From the NCBI GenBank assembly GCA_047947115.1, contig CP170459.1, forward strand, positions 5,760,001-5,824,000: DNA of 64,000 nucleotides. Direction: 5' to 3'. The stretch's first letter is position 1; each line of letters begins with the position of its first letter. Origin of the DNA: Verrucomicrobiota bacterium (GTDB lineage: Bacteria > Verrucomicrobiota > Verrucomicrobiia > Limisphaerales > AAA164-E04). A program made the translations under genes and the position numbers. Below, piece after piece: positions 46,814-57,523 of this stretch. A model generated the notes under the pieces. The model saw only the letters and a program-made list of their open reading frames with translations. It made no database searches and was not told the DNA's origin.

Positions 46814-47850
46814 GAGGACACTTGATCGATCATTCGCTCCAAAATCCGGTCCAGCGACCATTCCAATTTCCATTTGGGAAAATGAGATTGGAACTTACGC
46901 AGATCGGACATGTAACAAATGTGATCACCCTTGCGATTTTCATCCACATACCGCGTTTCGACGCCGCGACCAAGCAGTTGTTCAATTTTTTCCACGCACT
47001 CCAGAATCGAAGCGCTGTTACCGCGCCCTCCTCCCAAGTTATAGACTTCCCCGGGCCTCGGGTTGGCAGCAAAGGCCAAAAAGGCGTTAATAACATCTTC
47101 GCTGTGAATCTGATCACGCACCTGTTTTCCTTTGTATCCGAGAATGGAATACGTTTCGCCCGCTTTGGCGACTTTGACCAGGTAGGAAAGGAAACCATGC
47201 AATTGAACCCCAGAATGGTGTTCCCCCGTCAGGCATCCTCCACGAAACACTCCGACATTCATGCCGAAATAGCGGCCATACTCCTGAGCCATCACATCCG
47301 CAGCCGTTTTGCTCGCTCCAAACAGGCTGTGCATGGTTCGATCAATGCGACAAGATTCACTGACTCCGTGAAAATCCGATTCGTTTGCATAATCCCACCG
47401 TTTGGAAAGTTCCTTGAGCGGAATCTCGTTGGGAGCATCCCCGTAAACCTTGTTGGTCGACATGAATACGAACACCGACTCAGGCTGGGTTTGACGTGTC
47501 GCTTCCAGAAGATTGAGCGTTCCGACAGCATTGACATCGAAATCGATGAATGGAATGTCCTTCGCCTTGTCATGAGAAGGCTGAGCTGCACAGTGAATGA
47601 TCAGGTCAAACCGCTCCGACTTAAACAAATCCAACACCTTTTCCCGATCACGAATGTCCAGAGAATGATGGGTAAAGGATCGAGTCGTGTTTCGCAAACG
47701 TTCAAGCACCCATGTCGTGTCACCGCCCGGGCCAAAGAATTCACGCCGCATGTTATTGTCGATCCCAACAATCACATGCCCGGATCGATCCAACAGCCTG
47801 ACAGCCTCGGATCCGATCAATCCACTTGAACCAGTAACCAGCACTTTCAT
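46810..47850 (-). CDS. NAD-dependent sugar epimerase (CDP-paratose 2-epimerase-like SDR)
   Basis: TGSSGLIG, AAQPSHD, STNKVYGD, GASK, GKQVRD. Confidence 0.85.
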   Translation of the reverse strand: MKVLVTGSSGLIGSEAVRLLDRSGHVIVGIDNNMRREFFGPGGDTTWVLERLRNTTRSFTHHSLDIRDREKVLDLFKSERFDLIIHCAAQPSHDKAKDIPFIDFDVNAVGTLNLLEATRQTQPESVFVFMSTNKVYGDAPNEIPLKELSKRWDYANESDFHGVSESCRIDRTMHSLFGASKTAADVMAQEYGRYFGMNVGVFRGGCLTGEHHSGVQLHGFLSYLVKVAKAGETYSILGYKGKQVRDQIHSEDVINAFLAFAANPRPGEVYNLGGGRGNSASILECVEKIEQLLGRGVETRYVDENRKGDHICYMSDLRKFQSHFPKWKLEWSLDRILERMIDQVSS

Positions 47851-48013
47851 CCGGGCAAAACGATAAGGGCAGAAAGCAATAGTAAAAGGAAATTCCTCAG
47901 TGTGAAGAAAGGTTTATCCATCAGGAATTCCACTATGATTGTCAACCGGACTTGAAACCAGAGATGTTCCCCAAGGAAAGGACGGAGAAAATCTGGAAGA
48001 AACCTTGATAAAA

Positions 48014-48088
<75 letters not shown>

Positions 48089-48236
48089 GTGCCTTGATGT
48101 TTGCCGACCAGGCAAACGCAGGAAGAGATGTAGTAATTCAAACAGCTCAAGGTGACAAGTGATTATTTTGAAGAACTTCAAGTAAGGGCATCGATCTTCG
48201 CCTTTTCTTTTCCTTACCAATGCCTATACTGCCCCC

Positions 48237-50411
48237 GTGACACGATCCCATTTGATCCAATCTTTGGTACCGGTCTTGAAATGGTCGCTCGCCGTGATGC
48301 TTTTTCCCACCGGCACTGGGGCGCTCCGTTCACTGGGAGCAACCAGCGAGTGGCGCCATTTCGGCAGTGACCCGGCCAATTCACAATACTCCCCCCTCAA
48401 GCAAATCCATCGCGGAAATGTGGGACAACTGACCAAAGCCTGGGAATATGCATCGGAAAACGTAGAGACAAAAACAAGATCCCAGATCCAATGCAATCCC
48501 CTGATTGCAGATGGAATTCTTTACGGCACCTCCCCCACCCTCAAAGTGTTCGCGCTCGATGCGGCCTCCGGACAGGAGAAATGGATGTTCAACCCATTTC
48601 AGAACACCAATCCGATCGGGGTCAATCGAGGAGTGGTTTACTGGAGCCACCAGGAACAATCCCGCATCCTGTTCACCGCCAGTCACTGGCTTTATGCGCT
48701 TGATGCAATTACAGGAAAACCAATCCCTGCTTTCGGCCGGGAAGGTCGAGTGGACTTGCGACAAGGTTTGGGGAGAGATGCAGATAAACTTTTTATCCTC
48801 TCCAATACACCGGGTTCTGTTTACAAAAATGTATTGATCCTTGGAACAAGGGTTAACGAAGGCCCCGGCCCATCGGCACCGGGATATATCCGTGCTTATG
48901 ATGTCGAAACAGGCGAACTGAAATGGGTGTTTCACACCATCCCCCATCCGGGTGAAGAAGGGCATGACACTTGGCCGCAAGACGCATGGAAAACCGCTGG
49001 AGGCGCCAATGCCTGGGGCGGGCTGGCTGTTGATGAATCAAGAGGCTGGGTCTTTTGCCCGACGGGATCGCCTGCGTTTGATTTCTGGGGAGGCAACCGA
49101 GTCGGAAAAAATTTATACGGAAACAGCCTTTTGGTGATTGATGCCAAAACGGGAAAGAAAGTCTGGCATTACCAAATTGTACACCATGATCTGTGGGACA
49201 GAGATCTCCCCGCCTCTCCCAACCTGTTGGAATTGACGATCAACCATGAAAAAATACCCGCCGTGGCCCAAATCACGAAATCCGGCCATGTCTTTTTGTT
49301 TCACCGAGAAACCGGAAAACCCATCTTTCCAATCGAAGAACACCCATTCCCCCCCTCCGACCTGATGGACGAACAAGCCTGGCCTACCCAACCCATCCCT
49401 ACTTCACCGCCCCCCTTTGCCAGGCAAGCATTCAAACCAAAAGACGTGTCCACACTTTCCCCCGAAACACACGATCAAATGCTCGAGAAACTCCTTTCAG
49501 TAAGAAGCGGCGGTCAATTTGTGCCCCCCAGCACCATTGGCACGGTGATTTTCCCTGGTTTTGACGGGGGTGCAGAATGGGGAGGTGCCGCATGGGATCC
49601 TCAAAACGAATTTCTTTATGTCAACGCCAACGAAATGCCCTGGATTCTGACCATGGTTGATATTCGCAATAAATCACAATCCACGAACCAATCCGATGGA
49701 GCATTTTTGTATCAAAGACTATGCGCCGTCTGCCACGGTATAGACCGCATAGGAGATCCTCAAAAAACATACCCTCCCCTGCTAAACATCGGACAAAAAA
49801 TGAGCGCACAACAGATTATCGACCAATTGAGCCAGGGAAAAGGACTGATGCCTGCTTTTGGATTCCTCACATTGCCTGAAAAAACTGCGATCGCTCTATT
49901 TCTTCTGGGTAACCCAGAAGAAACCAAACAATCCCCCAAGGAAACAACTGTGTCAGAAAATCCAGCTAACAACGGCAAGGAGCCTTATTCGCACACCGGA
50001 TACAATCGATTCCTGGATTCGAATGGATATCCAGCCATCAAACCACCATGGGGCACCCTTAACGCCATCGACCTGAAGGCGGGACGTATCGCCTGGCAAG
50101 TGACACTAGGTGAGTTTGATGACTTACAAGCAAGAGGATTATCCCCAACAGGCACCGAGAATTACGGTGGCCCCGCCGTCACCGCAGGCGGACTGGTATT
50201 CATTGGAGCATCCAAAGACGAAAAATTCAGAGCTTTCGACAAATCTACAGGAGAAATGCTCTGGGAAACAAAACTGCCGGCAGGTGGATACGCCACTCCG
50301 TCCGTGTATGAAGCAAACGGAAGACAATTCGTCGTCATCGCATGCGGTGGCGGAAAAATGAATACAAAATCAGGCGTATCCTATGTTGCCTTTGCGCTGC
50401 CAAAACCATGA
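48237..50411 (+). CDS. PQQ-dependent (glucose-type) dehydrogenase with internal cytochrome c domain
   Basis: [44 protein letters not shown]. Confidence 0.88.
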   Translation: MTRSHLIQSLVPVLKWSLAVMLFPTGTGALRSLGATSEWRHFGSDPANSQYSPLKQIHRGNVGQLTKAWEYASENVETKTRSQIQCNPLIADGILYGTSPTLKVFALDAASGQEKWMFNPFQNTNPIGVNRGVVYWSHQEQSRILFTASHWLYALDAITGKPIPAFGREGRVDLRQGLGRDADKLFILSNTPGSVYKNVLILGTRVNEGPGPSAPGYIRAYDVETGELKWVFHTIPHPGEEGHDTWPQDAWKTAGGANAWGGLAVDESRGWVFCPTGSPAFDFWGGNRVGKNLYGNSLLVIDAKTGKKVWHYQIVHHDLWDRDLPASPNLLELTINHEKIPAVAQITKSGHVFLFHRETGKPIFPIEEHPFPPSDLMDEQAWPTQPIPTSPPPFARQAFKPKDVSTLSPETHDQMLEKLLSVRSGGQFVPPSTIGTVIFPGFDGGAEWGGAAWDPQNEFLYVNANEMPWILTMVDIRNKSQSTNQSDGAFLYQRLCAVCHGIDRIGDPQKTYPPLLNIGQKMSAQQIIDQLSQGKGLMPAFGFLTLPEKTAIALFLLGNPEETKQSPKETTVSENPANNGKEPYSHTGYNRFLDSNGYPAIKPPWGTLNAIDLKAGRIAWQVTLGEFDDLQARGLSPTGTENYGGPAVTAGGLVFIGASKDEKFRAFDKSTGEMLWETKLPAGGYATPSVYEANGRQFVVIACGGGKMNTKSGVSYVAFALPKP

Positions 50412-51142
50412 CAAATTCCCTCCCCACTCCAAAGAAGCACATGGATCTGTTCAAAAAAGCTTTCACGCTGATCGAACTGCTGGTGGTCATCGCCATCATC
50501 GCCATACTGGCAGGCATGCTCCTTCCGGCGTTGAGCCAGGCCAAAAAAAAAGCCAACCGGATTGTCTGTGTCTCCAACATGCGCCAAATAGACCTTGGAT
50601 TCCGAATGTATCGATCGGATCATGATGAACGTTTTCCGGACAGACGTGACCTGAAAAAAATCTTACCTGGCGGCTACCGCCCATGGACTGCTTGGCCTCC
50701 ATCCGATCCCCGCAGCGGTTGGGCAGGATTCATCCTGTCAAACCATGTCGGATCCGCCAACTTATGGATGTGCCCAAGCATTAAAAAATCTCCATTGGGT
50801 AAATCCATTTCATCTGTACAACCGATGGGATTCGAAACAAACGCACCATTGGCCGGCTATTGGATGTGGAGATTTGACCGTGCCGATGAGGAAATACCTT
50901 TGGATAATTTCTGGGGTAAAACAGAAAATCAAGTGATCCAACATTTGCGAAAAGAAGCAAATCCGTTCATCGGAATTCCAAATGGCCCTTCCGATGTGGA
51001 ATTGATGGTGGATGTGTACTATCCTTCAACCATTGAAAGCATCGAGGAAACCATCCGAGGCCGAGCGGTGCACCCGATGGGCAGAAACCAACTCATGTTG
51101 GATGGTCATGTTCAATTCAAAAAAGACGCAAGGACTCGATAA
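50408..51142 (+). CDS. Prepilin-type N-methylation domain protein with H-X9-DG C-terminus
   Basis: [45 protein letters not shown]. Confidence 0.9.
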   Translation: MTNSLPTPKKHMDLFKKAFTLIELLVVIAIIAILAGMLLPALSQAKKKANRIVCVSNMRQIDLGFRMYRSDHDERFPDRRDLKKILPGGYRPWTAWPPSDPRSGWAGFILSNHVGSANLWMCPSIKKSPLGKSISSVQPMGFETNAPLAGYWMWRFDRADEEIPLDNFWGKTENQVIQHLRKEANPFIGIPNGPSDVELMVDVYYPSTIESIEETIRGRAVHPMGRNQLMLDGHVQFKKDARTR

Positions 51143-51174
51143 AAAAACCCGTTTCTCATCAGCTGAGAAACGGG
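51141..51174 (-). terminator. Intrinsic terminator of the alpha operon
   Basis: CCCGTTTCTCA-loop-TGAGAAACGGG with T7 on minus strand. Confidence 0.85.
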
Positions 51175-51202
51175 CGTTGAAAAATATATTGCTGGGGACA
51201 GA

Positions 51203-51751
51203 TCAGGCGTCTTTCTTCTCCTCACCTTCGGAGCTACCCTTGTCAGCCGCATCAGCATCATCTTCGGCAGCGGGGCCGTCCTCGGTAGCTTCAGCCTTGG
51301 CCTCATGAGCAGCCGGGGCATCCTCGGTTTCTGCTTTGGTAGGAGCGACCTCTGCTTTTGCAGCGGCATCACCTGAGGGAGATACAGCGGCATCACCTTC
51401 TTCAACAAATTCAATGATGGCCATCTGGGCAGCATCGCCTCGACGATCCATCAATTTGATGATACGGGTGTAACCACCCGGGCGATCCTGATGTTGAGGT
51501 GCAATTTCACTGAAAAGAATTTGTACCGCATCTTCCTGGTGCAATCTGGAAACAGCCAAACGACGGTGATGGATAGTTCCTTTCTTACCGAGGGTCACCA
51601 TCTTTTCAACAACCGGACGCACGGCTTTCGCTTTGGCAAGAGTTGTTGTTACGCGCTTGTGCTTGATCAAACTGCATACCATATTCGCCAGCATCGCGTT
51701 CCGATGAGCGCCTTTGCGGCCGAGTTTGGCATTTCGTTTTAAATGTCTCAT
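51203..51751 (-). CDS. rplQ: 50S ribosomal protein L17 with acidic C-terminal tail
   Basis: MRHLK, TTLAKAK, RPGGYTRI. Confidence 0.97.
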   Translation of the reverse strand: MRHLKRNAKLGRKGAHRNAMLANMVCSLIKHKRVTTTLAKAKAVRPVVEKMVTLGKKGTIHHRRLAVSRLHQEDAVQILFSEIAPQHQDRPGGYTRIIKLMDRRGDAAQMAIIEFVEEGDAAVSPSGDAAAKAEVAPTKAETEDAPAAHEAKAEATEDGPAAEDDADAADKGSSEGEEKKDA

Positions 51752-51772
51752 GTAAACAGCTTGTTAAATTTT

Positions 51773-52786
51773 TTACTCTAATGCGCTGTAGTCTTCTTTG
51801 GAATCCAGAAGCGCAGGATCAATGTTCATACCAAGAGACAGGCCTAAACCGGTCAACTTGTCCTTAATTTCGTTGAGAGACTTTTTGCCGAAGTTTCGAT
51901 ACTTCAGCATTTCGGCCTCTGATTTGATTGCCAGTTGGCCCACCGTGGTGATATTGGCATTATTCAAGCAGTTGGCAGCACGGACACTGAGCTCAATCTC
52001 GTTGACGCTCATGTTGAGAAGCTTCTTCATGCGAGACTTCTCGTCATCCTTTTGATCCACCACTTCCTCAAATTCAACAGCGTTTTTGTCGTAACCCACA
52101 AACACGTCGAGGTGATGCTGCAAAATAGCGGAAGCCTGAGTCAACGCATCATCAGGAGTAATACGACCATCTGTCGTAATTTCCATGATCAAACTGTCGT
52201 AATCTGTGCGCTGGCCAACACGGGCGCTTTCCACAGAATAACGAACACGGCTGACAGGCGAAAAAATAGAGTCAATAGGGATCACACCAATGGCTTGATC
52301 AGGCTTCTTATTCTCGTCACCAGGACAAAAACCACGACCTACTTTTACCTCCATCTCAATCTCGAACTTCTTCTTTTTATCCAACGTACAGATATGTTGG
52401 TCGGGATTGACGAGTTCGAGATTTTGATTCAATTGAATATCAGCTGCTGTGACTGCCCCTGCTTTATTAACGCTTAGCAAAACTGTCTGAGGATCGCGCG
52501 AATGACAAATGAACTTTACCTTTTTTAAGTTCAGCACAATGTCGGTAACATCCTCCGCAACACCTTCTACGACGGCAAACTCATGCATAGCCCCGTCAAT
52601 TTTGACAGAGGTAATAGCTGCTCCTTCCAACGAAGAAAGAAGCACTCTGCGAATGGAGTTACCGATAGTGTGTCCGTAACCTGTTTCAAATGGCTCCGCA
52701 ATGAATCTCGCGAATTTGTCTGTAGCGGTATCCTCATCTTTAGTCAACCGCTTGGGCATTTCAAAACGACCTAATCTTACTGGCAT
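51773..52786 (-). CDS. rpoA: RNA polymerase alpha subunit
   Basis: GYGHTIGNS, ELSVRAANCL, NFGKKSL. Confidence 0.98.
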   Translation of the reverse strand: MPVRLGRFEMPKRLTKDEDTATDKFARFIAEPFETGYGHTIGNSIRRVLLSSLEGAAITSVKIDGAMHEFAVVEGVAEDVTDIVLNLKKVKFICHSRDPQTVLLSVNKAGAVTAADIQLNQNLELVNPDQHICTLDKKKKFEIEMEVKVGRGFCPGDENKKPDQAIGVIPIDSIFSPVSRVRYSVESARVGQRTDYDSLIMEITTDGRITPDDALTQASAILQHHLDVFVGYDKNAVEFEEVVDQKDDEKSRMKKLLNMSVNEIELSVRAANCLNNANITTVGQLAIKSEAEMLKYRNFGKKSLNEIKDKLTGLGLSLGMNIDPALLDSKEDYSALE

Positions 52787-52872
52787 ATATTTTAATGGGT
52801 AACAGTTTTAATCTGACTACTGAACGTTATCCCGATCATTCAGAAGTCCGTATAACTGAAAATACAGGGTTG

Positions 52873-53481
52873 TTATCGGGAATAAAATTCGATGACAGTT
52901 TGTTCGTTTCCGATAGGTTGGATTTCATCCCTGGAAGGAACACGCATGACCACTCCTTTGAAAAAGTCGCGATCTAGATGCAACCACTCAGGAATTCGTC
53001 GGCTGGTGGACAACTCCATATTTTTGGTCGCCATTTGGCGGGAAACACTGGAGTTCTTCACTTCCACGACATCATTTACCTGAAGTGCGTAACTGGAAAT
53101 ATCAACTTTTTTGCCATTGACCTGAACATGTCCGTGGCTAACCATTTGACGGGCAGCAGGACGGCTACTGGCGAAACCGAGTTGATAAACGACGTTATCC
53201 AGTCGGGTTTCGAGGATTTGAAGCATCGTTTCGCCTGTCACACCCTTGCGGCGACGAGCAGTTTCGTAAACGGCGCGAAACTGCTTTTCCTGCAAGCCGT
53301 AAAAATAGCGAAACTTCTGCTTTTCCATCAGACCCAGAGCATACTCTGTGTTTTTGCGCCTCGAGCGAGGGCCATGCATGCCTGGGCCGTAATTGCGACG
53401 TTCTAGATATTTTGAAGGCCCAAAAATGGGCATGCCAAATCTGCGGCTGATCTTCGTTTTGGGTCCGGTATAACGAGCCAT
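52873..53481 (-). CDS. rpsD: 30S ribosomal protein S4
   Basis: MARYTGP, LETRLDNVV, IEFYSR. Confidence 0.98.
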   Translation of the reverse strand: MARYTGPKTKISRRFGMPIFGPSKYLERRNYGPGMHGPRSRRKNTEYALGLMEKQKFRYFYGLQEKQFRAVYETARRRKGVTGETMLQILETRLDNVVYQLGFASSRPAARQMVSHGHVQVNGKKVDISSYALQVNDVVEVKNSSVSRQMATKNMELSTSRRIPEWLHLDRDFFKGVVMRVPSRDEIQPIGNEQTVIEFYSR

Positions 53482-53502
53482 AATACTTAAAAATCCTGTT
53501 CT

Positions 53503-54084
53503 TTAGACGCGACGTTTCTTCCTTGGTCGGCAACCATTGTGTGGGACCGGGGTAACGTCTTTGATGGAGTTGATTTCTAGCCCAATGGCCTGTAATGCAC
53601 GAATAGCGGATTCACGGCCAGATCCAGGTCCTTTGACCTTGATCTCCACTTCTTTGAGTCCATGAGCCATTGCGGCACGACCAGCATCCTGGGCAACTTG
53701 TTGAGCAGCAAATGCGGTGCTCTTACGCGATCCCCTGAATCCCACCTTACCGGCGGAAGACCAGCTTACCACGTTGCCATGCATGTCCGTGATCGAAACA
53801 AGCGTGTTGTTGAAAGTCGCGCAAATAGTGGCCACACCTGAGACCACGTTCTTCGAACCTTTGGCCTTGATGATTTTTGCAGGGCCAAGATCGGTCGAAA
53901 GAAGTTCTGCCGCGGAGGGAGCTTCAGCTGCTGCTGGTCCTTCCTGTTCAGCCTTGTCACTGCTTTTTGCTTCTTTTGGCGCCTTGGCCTCAGCCTTTGG
54001 CGCTTCCGCCTTGGGAGCGGATTCGGCTGAAGGGGCATTTTCAGCCTCTGTTGCTTCAACCTTTTGTTGTTCTTCGTCTGCCAT
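53503..54084 (-). CDS. rpsK: 30S ribosomal protein S11 with long N-terminal extension
   Basis: [28 protein letters not shown]. Confidence 0.97.
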   Translation of the reverse strand: MADEEQQKVEATEAENAPSAESAPKAEAPKAEAKAPKEAKSSDKAEQEGPAAAEAPSAAELLSTDLGPAKIIKAKGSKNVVSGVATICATFNNTLVSITDMHGNVVSWSSAGKVGFRGSRKSTAFAAQQVAQDAGRAAMAHGLKEVEIKVKGPGSGRESAIRALQAIGLEINSIKDVTPVPHNGCRPRKKRRV

Positions 54085-54105
54085 AGTCTAATTCAGATAA
54101 AAACC

Positions 54106-54501
54106 TTAATGGATACCGGATTTTGCATTCGGATTACGTTGGATACCCACGGTTTTGCGGGGACCTTTGCGAGAGCGTGCATTTGTCGACGTGCGCTGCC
54201 CGCGAACAGGTAATCCTCGAATGTGGCGAATACCACGATAGCAACGGATCGCCTGAAGTCGCTTCAGGTTCATGCTGATTTCCCGACGCAAATCACCTTC
54301 GATGACGTATTGACCTTCCTGAATCGCATGTACGATCTTGGAAAGTTGGTCTTCCGACAGATCCTTGGCGCGTGTGGCCGGATTGATACCTGTCGCTTCG
54401 ATGATTTCATTGGAAACGGCCGGACCAATGCCATACATATATCGCAGAGCAATATCGATACGCTTGTGTCCGGGAATGTCTACACCCATGATTCTTGCCA
54501 T
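54106..54501 (-). CDS. rpsM: 30S ribosomal protein S13
   Basis: [20 protein letters not shown]. Confidence 0.98.
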   Translation of the reverse strand: MARIMGVDIPGHKRIDIALRYMYGIGPAVSNEIIEATGINPATRAKDLSEDQLSKIVHAIQEGQYVIEGDLRREISMNLKRLQAIRCYRGIRHIRGLPVRGQRTSTNARSRKGPRKTVGIQRNPNAKSGIH

Positions 54502-54518
54502 AATCTATTACCTTCCAA

Positions 54519-54632
54519 TCAACCTTGTCGCTGTTTATGACGTGGATTGGTACAAATCACACGAACAATACCTTTTCGGCGAATAATGCGACAATGTTCG
54601 CAAAGTTTTTTCACTGACGCTCTAACTTTCAT
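54519..54632 (-). CDS. rpmJ: 50S ribosomal protein L36 (not in ORF track)
   Basis: Read manually: [37 protein letters not shown]. Confidence 0.97.
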   Translation of the reverse strand: MKVRASVKKLCEHCRIIRRKGIVRVICTNPRHKQRQG

Positions 54633-54641
54633 AAATCACTA

Positions 54642-54854
54642 CTATCCATTTACAATGGTCCCTCTCGCCATATCTGCCGGCGAGAAGAAAATGGCGATCT
54701 TATCGCCTACCTTTACCTCTGACAATTTAAATTTTGATTTTTTTGGCACCACACCCACTGCATGGTGTCCATTGGGCATCGCAATGATCACTCGATCATC
54801 GCCCAATTTACTCAAGACGATGCCTCGACTTTCGAATGCATCCGGGTCGCGCAT
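54642..54854 (-). CDS. infA: Highly diverged translation initiation factor IF-1 homologue
   Basis: map-X-rpmJ synteny; 70 aa; G.V, NGH, GDK, SP.D..RG.I pattern of the IF-1 OB fold. Confidence 0.65.
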   Translation of the reverse strand: MRDPDAFESRGIVLSKLGDDRVIIAMPNGHHAVGVVPKKSKFKLSEVKVGDKIAIFFSPADMARGTIVNG

Positions 54855-55609
54855 GTTAAAATTTCAGGTTCTCCCTCTGTCACCAGAACCGTATGTTCAA
54901 AATGAGCCGAAGGCTTTCCATCCCGAGTAATCACAGTCCAACCATCCGGTTGAACCTGAACATCAGGGCTCCCCATGTTAACCATGGGCTCAATGGCAAT
55001 GGTCATGCCTGCTTTAAGTTTAGGTGAAGGCCCACCGTCCACAAAATTAGGAATCTGTGGTTCTTCGTGCATTTTTCGGCCAACCCCGTGGCCAACAAAT
55101 TCCCTGACAACACTAAAACCATTAGCTTCAACGTGCTTCTGTATCGCACGCGATATATCCACCACACGATTACCAGCGACAGCCTTGAAAATTCCTTCAT
55201 ACAGTGACTTTTCAGTCACATCCATCAAGGTCTGCACCTCCACATCGCAGCCTCCGGCCGCGACTGTCAAAGCGTTATCACCAATAAATCCATGGTAAAC
55301 AACACCAACATCCAAGCTGATGATGTCTCCAAACTGCACTATCCTTCCGCCCGATATCCCATGAACCACTTCTTCATTCACTGAGATACATGTGTAACAA
55401 GGATACCCCCTGTAACCAAGGAAAGCAGACTTGCCGCCATATTCTTCGATACGGCGAGCCGCATACTCATCAATTTCACGAGTAGAAATACTCGGTTGGA
55501 TTATTTTTGCGACATCCAGTAGAACGGCATTTGCCAAAGCACCGGCCTCACGCATTCCCTCAATTTCCTTGTCGTTTTTTGGACGAATCATTGATGAAAC
55601 CTTGGACAA
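54812..55609 (-). CDS. map: Methionine aminopeptidase type I
   Basis: CISVNEEVVHG, GHGVG..MHEEP, AIEPM, SAHFEHT. Confidence 0.97.
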   Translation of the reverse strand: MSKVSSMIRPKNDKEIEGMREAGALANAVLLDVAKIIQPSISTREIDEYAARRIEEYGGKSAFLGYRGYPCYTCISVNEEVVHGISGGRIVQFGDIISLDVGVVYHGFIGDNALTVAAGGCDVEVQTLMDVTEKSLYEGIFKAVAGNRVVDISRAIQKHVEANGFSVVREFVGHGVGRKMHEEPQIPNFVDGGPSPKLKAGMTIAIEPMVNMGSPDVQVQPDGWTVITRDGKPSAHFEHTVLVTEGEPEILTCATRMHSKVEASS

Positions 55610-55641
55610 TTGAGGTGAAGGGAATGGTATGTATCCCCCTA

Positions 55642-57021
55642 TTAGAACCGACCCTTGATCTTTCCCTTTTTGAGGAAACCGTCATAATGACGGGTTAACA
55701 AATGGGATTCCATTTGCCGCATTGTATCCAGGACAACACCGACCGTAATCAACAGACTGGTGCCGCCAAAAAATGTAGCTGCGGCGAAAGGAATATTCAT
55801 CGCCCGAGTCAGGACAAGGGGGATAATTGCAATACCGGTCAGGAACATGGCGCCTGCAAAAGTGATTCGGCTCATCGTCCGGTGCAAAAAGTCACTTGTT
55901 GCCGTTCCGGGACGAACACCTGGTATGTAACCACCATATTTCTTCAAATCATCAGCAATCTGAATTTCATTGAACTGTGTCGCCACCCAAAAATAAGAGA
56001 AGAACAGGATCATCAGACCCTCAAGAAGCATGTAGCCACCACTTCCGTATGTGATCAAGGCACTGACTTCATCGAACACTTTAATTTCGGTAATACGTCC
56101 CAGTGTTGAGAAAATCTTGTCAGGAAACATCAAGATGGCCTGAGCAAAGATAATAGGCATAACACCGGCATAATTGACACGCAAAGGCATGAAGGAACTT
56201 CCACCAGAGTAGACTTTTCTTCCCACCGCACGTTGTGCATACTGAACAGGAATTTTTCGCTGAGCCTGGGTCACAGCAATCACGAGTGCTGTAACAGCTG
56301 CAAATATCACCAACATGGCAATAAAATGCGCAGGATTCCACTGTGCTTCCACACCTTCGACAGGGAAAAACATGCGGTATACCTGGCTGACGGCATCAGG
56401 AAGCCTTGCAAGGATGCCAATGGTGATCACGAGTGAGATACCGTTACCGATACCTCGTTCAGTGATTTGCTCGCCCATCCACATAAGAAGCAAAGTTCCA
56501 GTAGTCAAAACCATGACGGTCTGCAGTCGGTACCAAATGGGAGATTCCGAGAGAACCAGGTCACCAGTAAATCCTGGAAACAGCACCTCGGGTTTTTCCC
56601 ACCCCAAAGCCATCACAAATCCCTGCCCCAAACAAAGAATGACGGTTAAATAGCGTCCATATTGAATGATCTTTGCACGTCCGCCTTCCTCTCGGACCAA
56701 TTTGCTCAAACCAGGCAACACTGCTGTCATCAATTGTATGATGATAGTAGCACTGATGTAAGGCATGATCCCCAATGAGCCGATGGCACAACGCTCAAGA
56801 GCACCTCCAGTAAAGAGGCTATACATTCCCAGCAAGCTGTTATTGTTCTTTTGAGCTGCTTCAGCCAGGAATTCAGACAAGGCCGCTCCATCCAATCCCG
56901 GCACCGGGATCAAGGAGATGAGTCGACAAATCGCAAGCAACAGCAGCGTGAAAATGATTCTCGACTTGAGTTCCGGAATCTTGAAGCAATTGCTGAATGT
57001 ATTAAAAATGGACGCTAGCAT
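55642..57021 (-). CDS. secY: Preprotein translocase SecY
   Basis: LGIMPYISA, GIGNGISL, AGVMPIIFA, IPGVRPG, GGTSLLI. Confidence 0.98.
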   Translation of the reverse strand: MLASIFNTFSNCFKIPELKSRIIFTLLLLAICRLISLIPVPGLDGAALSEFLAEAAQKNNNSLLGMYSLFTGGALERCAIGSLGIMPYISATIIIQLMTAVLPGLSKLVREEGGRAKIIQYGRYLTVILCLGQGFVMALGWEKPEVLFPGFTGDLVLSESPIWYRLQTVMVLTTGTLLLMWMGEQITERGIGNGISLVITIGILARLPDAVSQVYRMFFPVEGVEAQWNPAHFIAMLVIFAAVTALVIAVTQAQRKIPVQYAQRAVGRKVYSGGSSFMPLRVNYAGVMPIIFAQAILMFPDKIFSTLGRITEIKVFDEVSALITYGSGGYMLLEGLMILFFSYFWVATQFNEIQIADDLKKYGGYIPGVRPGTATSDFLHRTMSRITFAGAMFLTGIAIIPLVLTRAMNIPFAAATFFGGTSLLITVGVVLDTMRQMESHLLTRHYDGFLKKGKIKGRF

Positions 57022-57036
57022 GAGGTAATCAATTGA

Positions 57037-57513
57037 TTAAAGAGCACGCGGGCCCGTTTTTGGAATACGATCCACAACTTCGCAGGCGCCACCGGCGGCC
57101 TCAATCTTCTGCTTGGCCGAAGCACTGAAAGCCTGAACCTTGACTGTCAACTTCTTGCTAAGTTCACCATGTCCCAGAATTTTGATACCTTGCCCCTTAC
57201 CAGACGCCAGACCAGCCTTTTGCAGAGTTTCTACATCAATCACTGCATCCACATCAAACTGTTCCAAATCGGCCACATTGACGGGTATGTAATAAATGGT
57301 GTGTTCGGCGTTGTTGAAACCACGTTTGGGCAACTGGCGATAGATAGGCATCTGACCACCAGCAAAACCTTCACGCACACTGCCGCCGGAGCGCGCACGT
57401 TGTCCCTTATGGCCACGTCCACTGGTTTTACCCAGTCCACTACCCTCACCACGACCGAGACGCTTTCTGCGGTGCTTGGCACCAGGTTGGGGTTTTAAAT
57501 CATGTAGTCGCAT
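57037..57513 (-). CDS. rplO: 50S ribosomal protein L15
   Basis: GRG.GSG.GKTSGRG.KGQ, GGQMP, LPKRGF; ATG 57513. Confidence 0.97.
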   Translation of the reverse strand: MRLHDLKPQPGAKHRRKRLGRGEGSGLGKTSGRGHKGQRARSGGSVREGFAGGQMPIYRQLPKRGFNNAEHTIYYIPVNVADLEQFDVDAVIDVETLQKAGLASGKGQGIKILGHGELSKKLTVKVQAFSASAKQKIEAAGGACEVVDRIPKTGPRAL

Positions 57514-57523
57514 AGAAATTTCC

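Noticed and set aside
46822..47829. 335-aa plus-strand ORF
   Set aside because: Antisense shadow of the epimerase; no recognisable motifs
54812..54854. map C-terminal extension as a frameshift error
   Set aside because: Map domain is complete at ...EILT; the short tail simply overlaps the infA-like start
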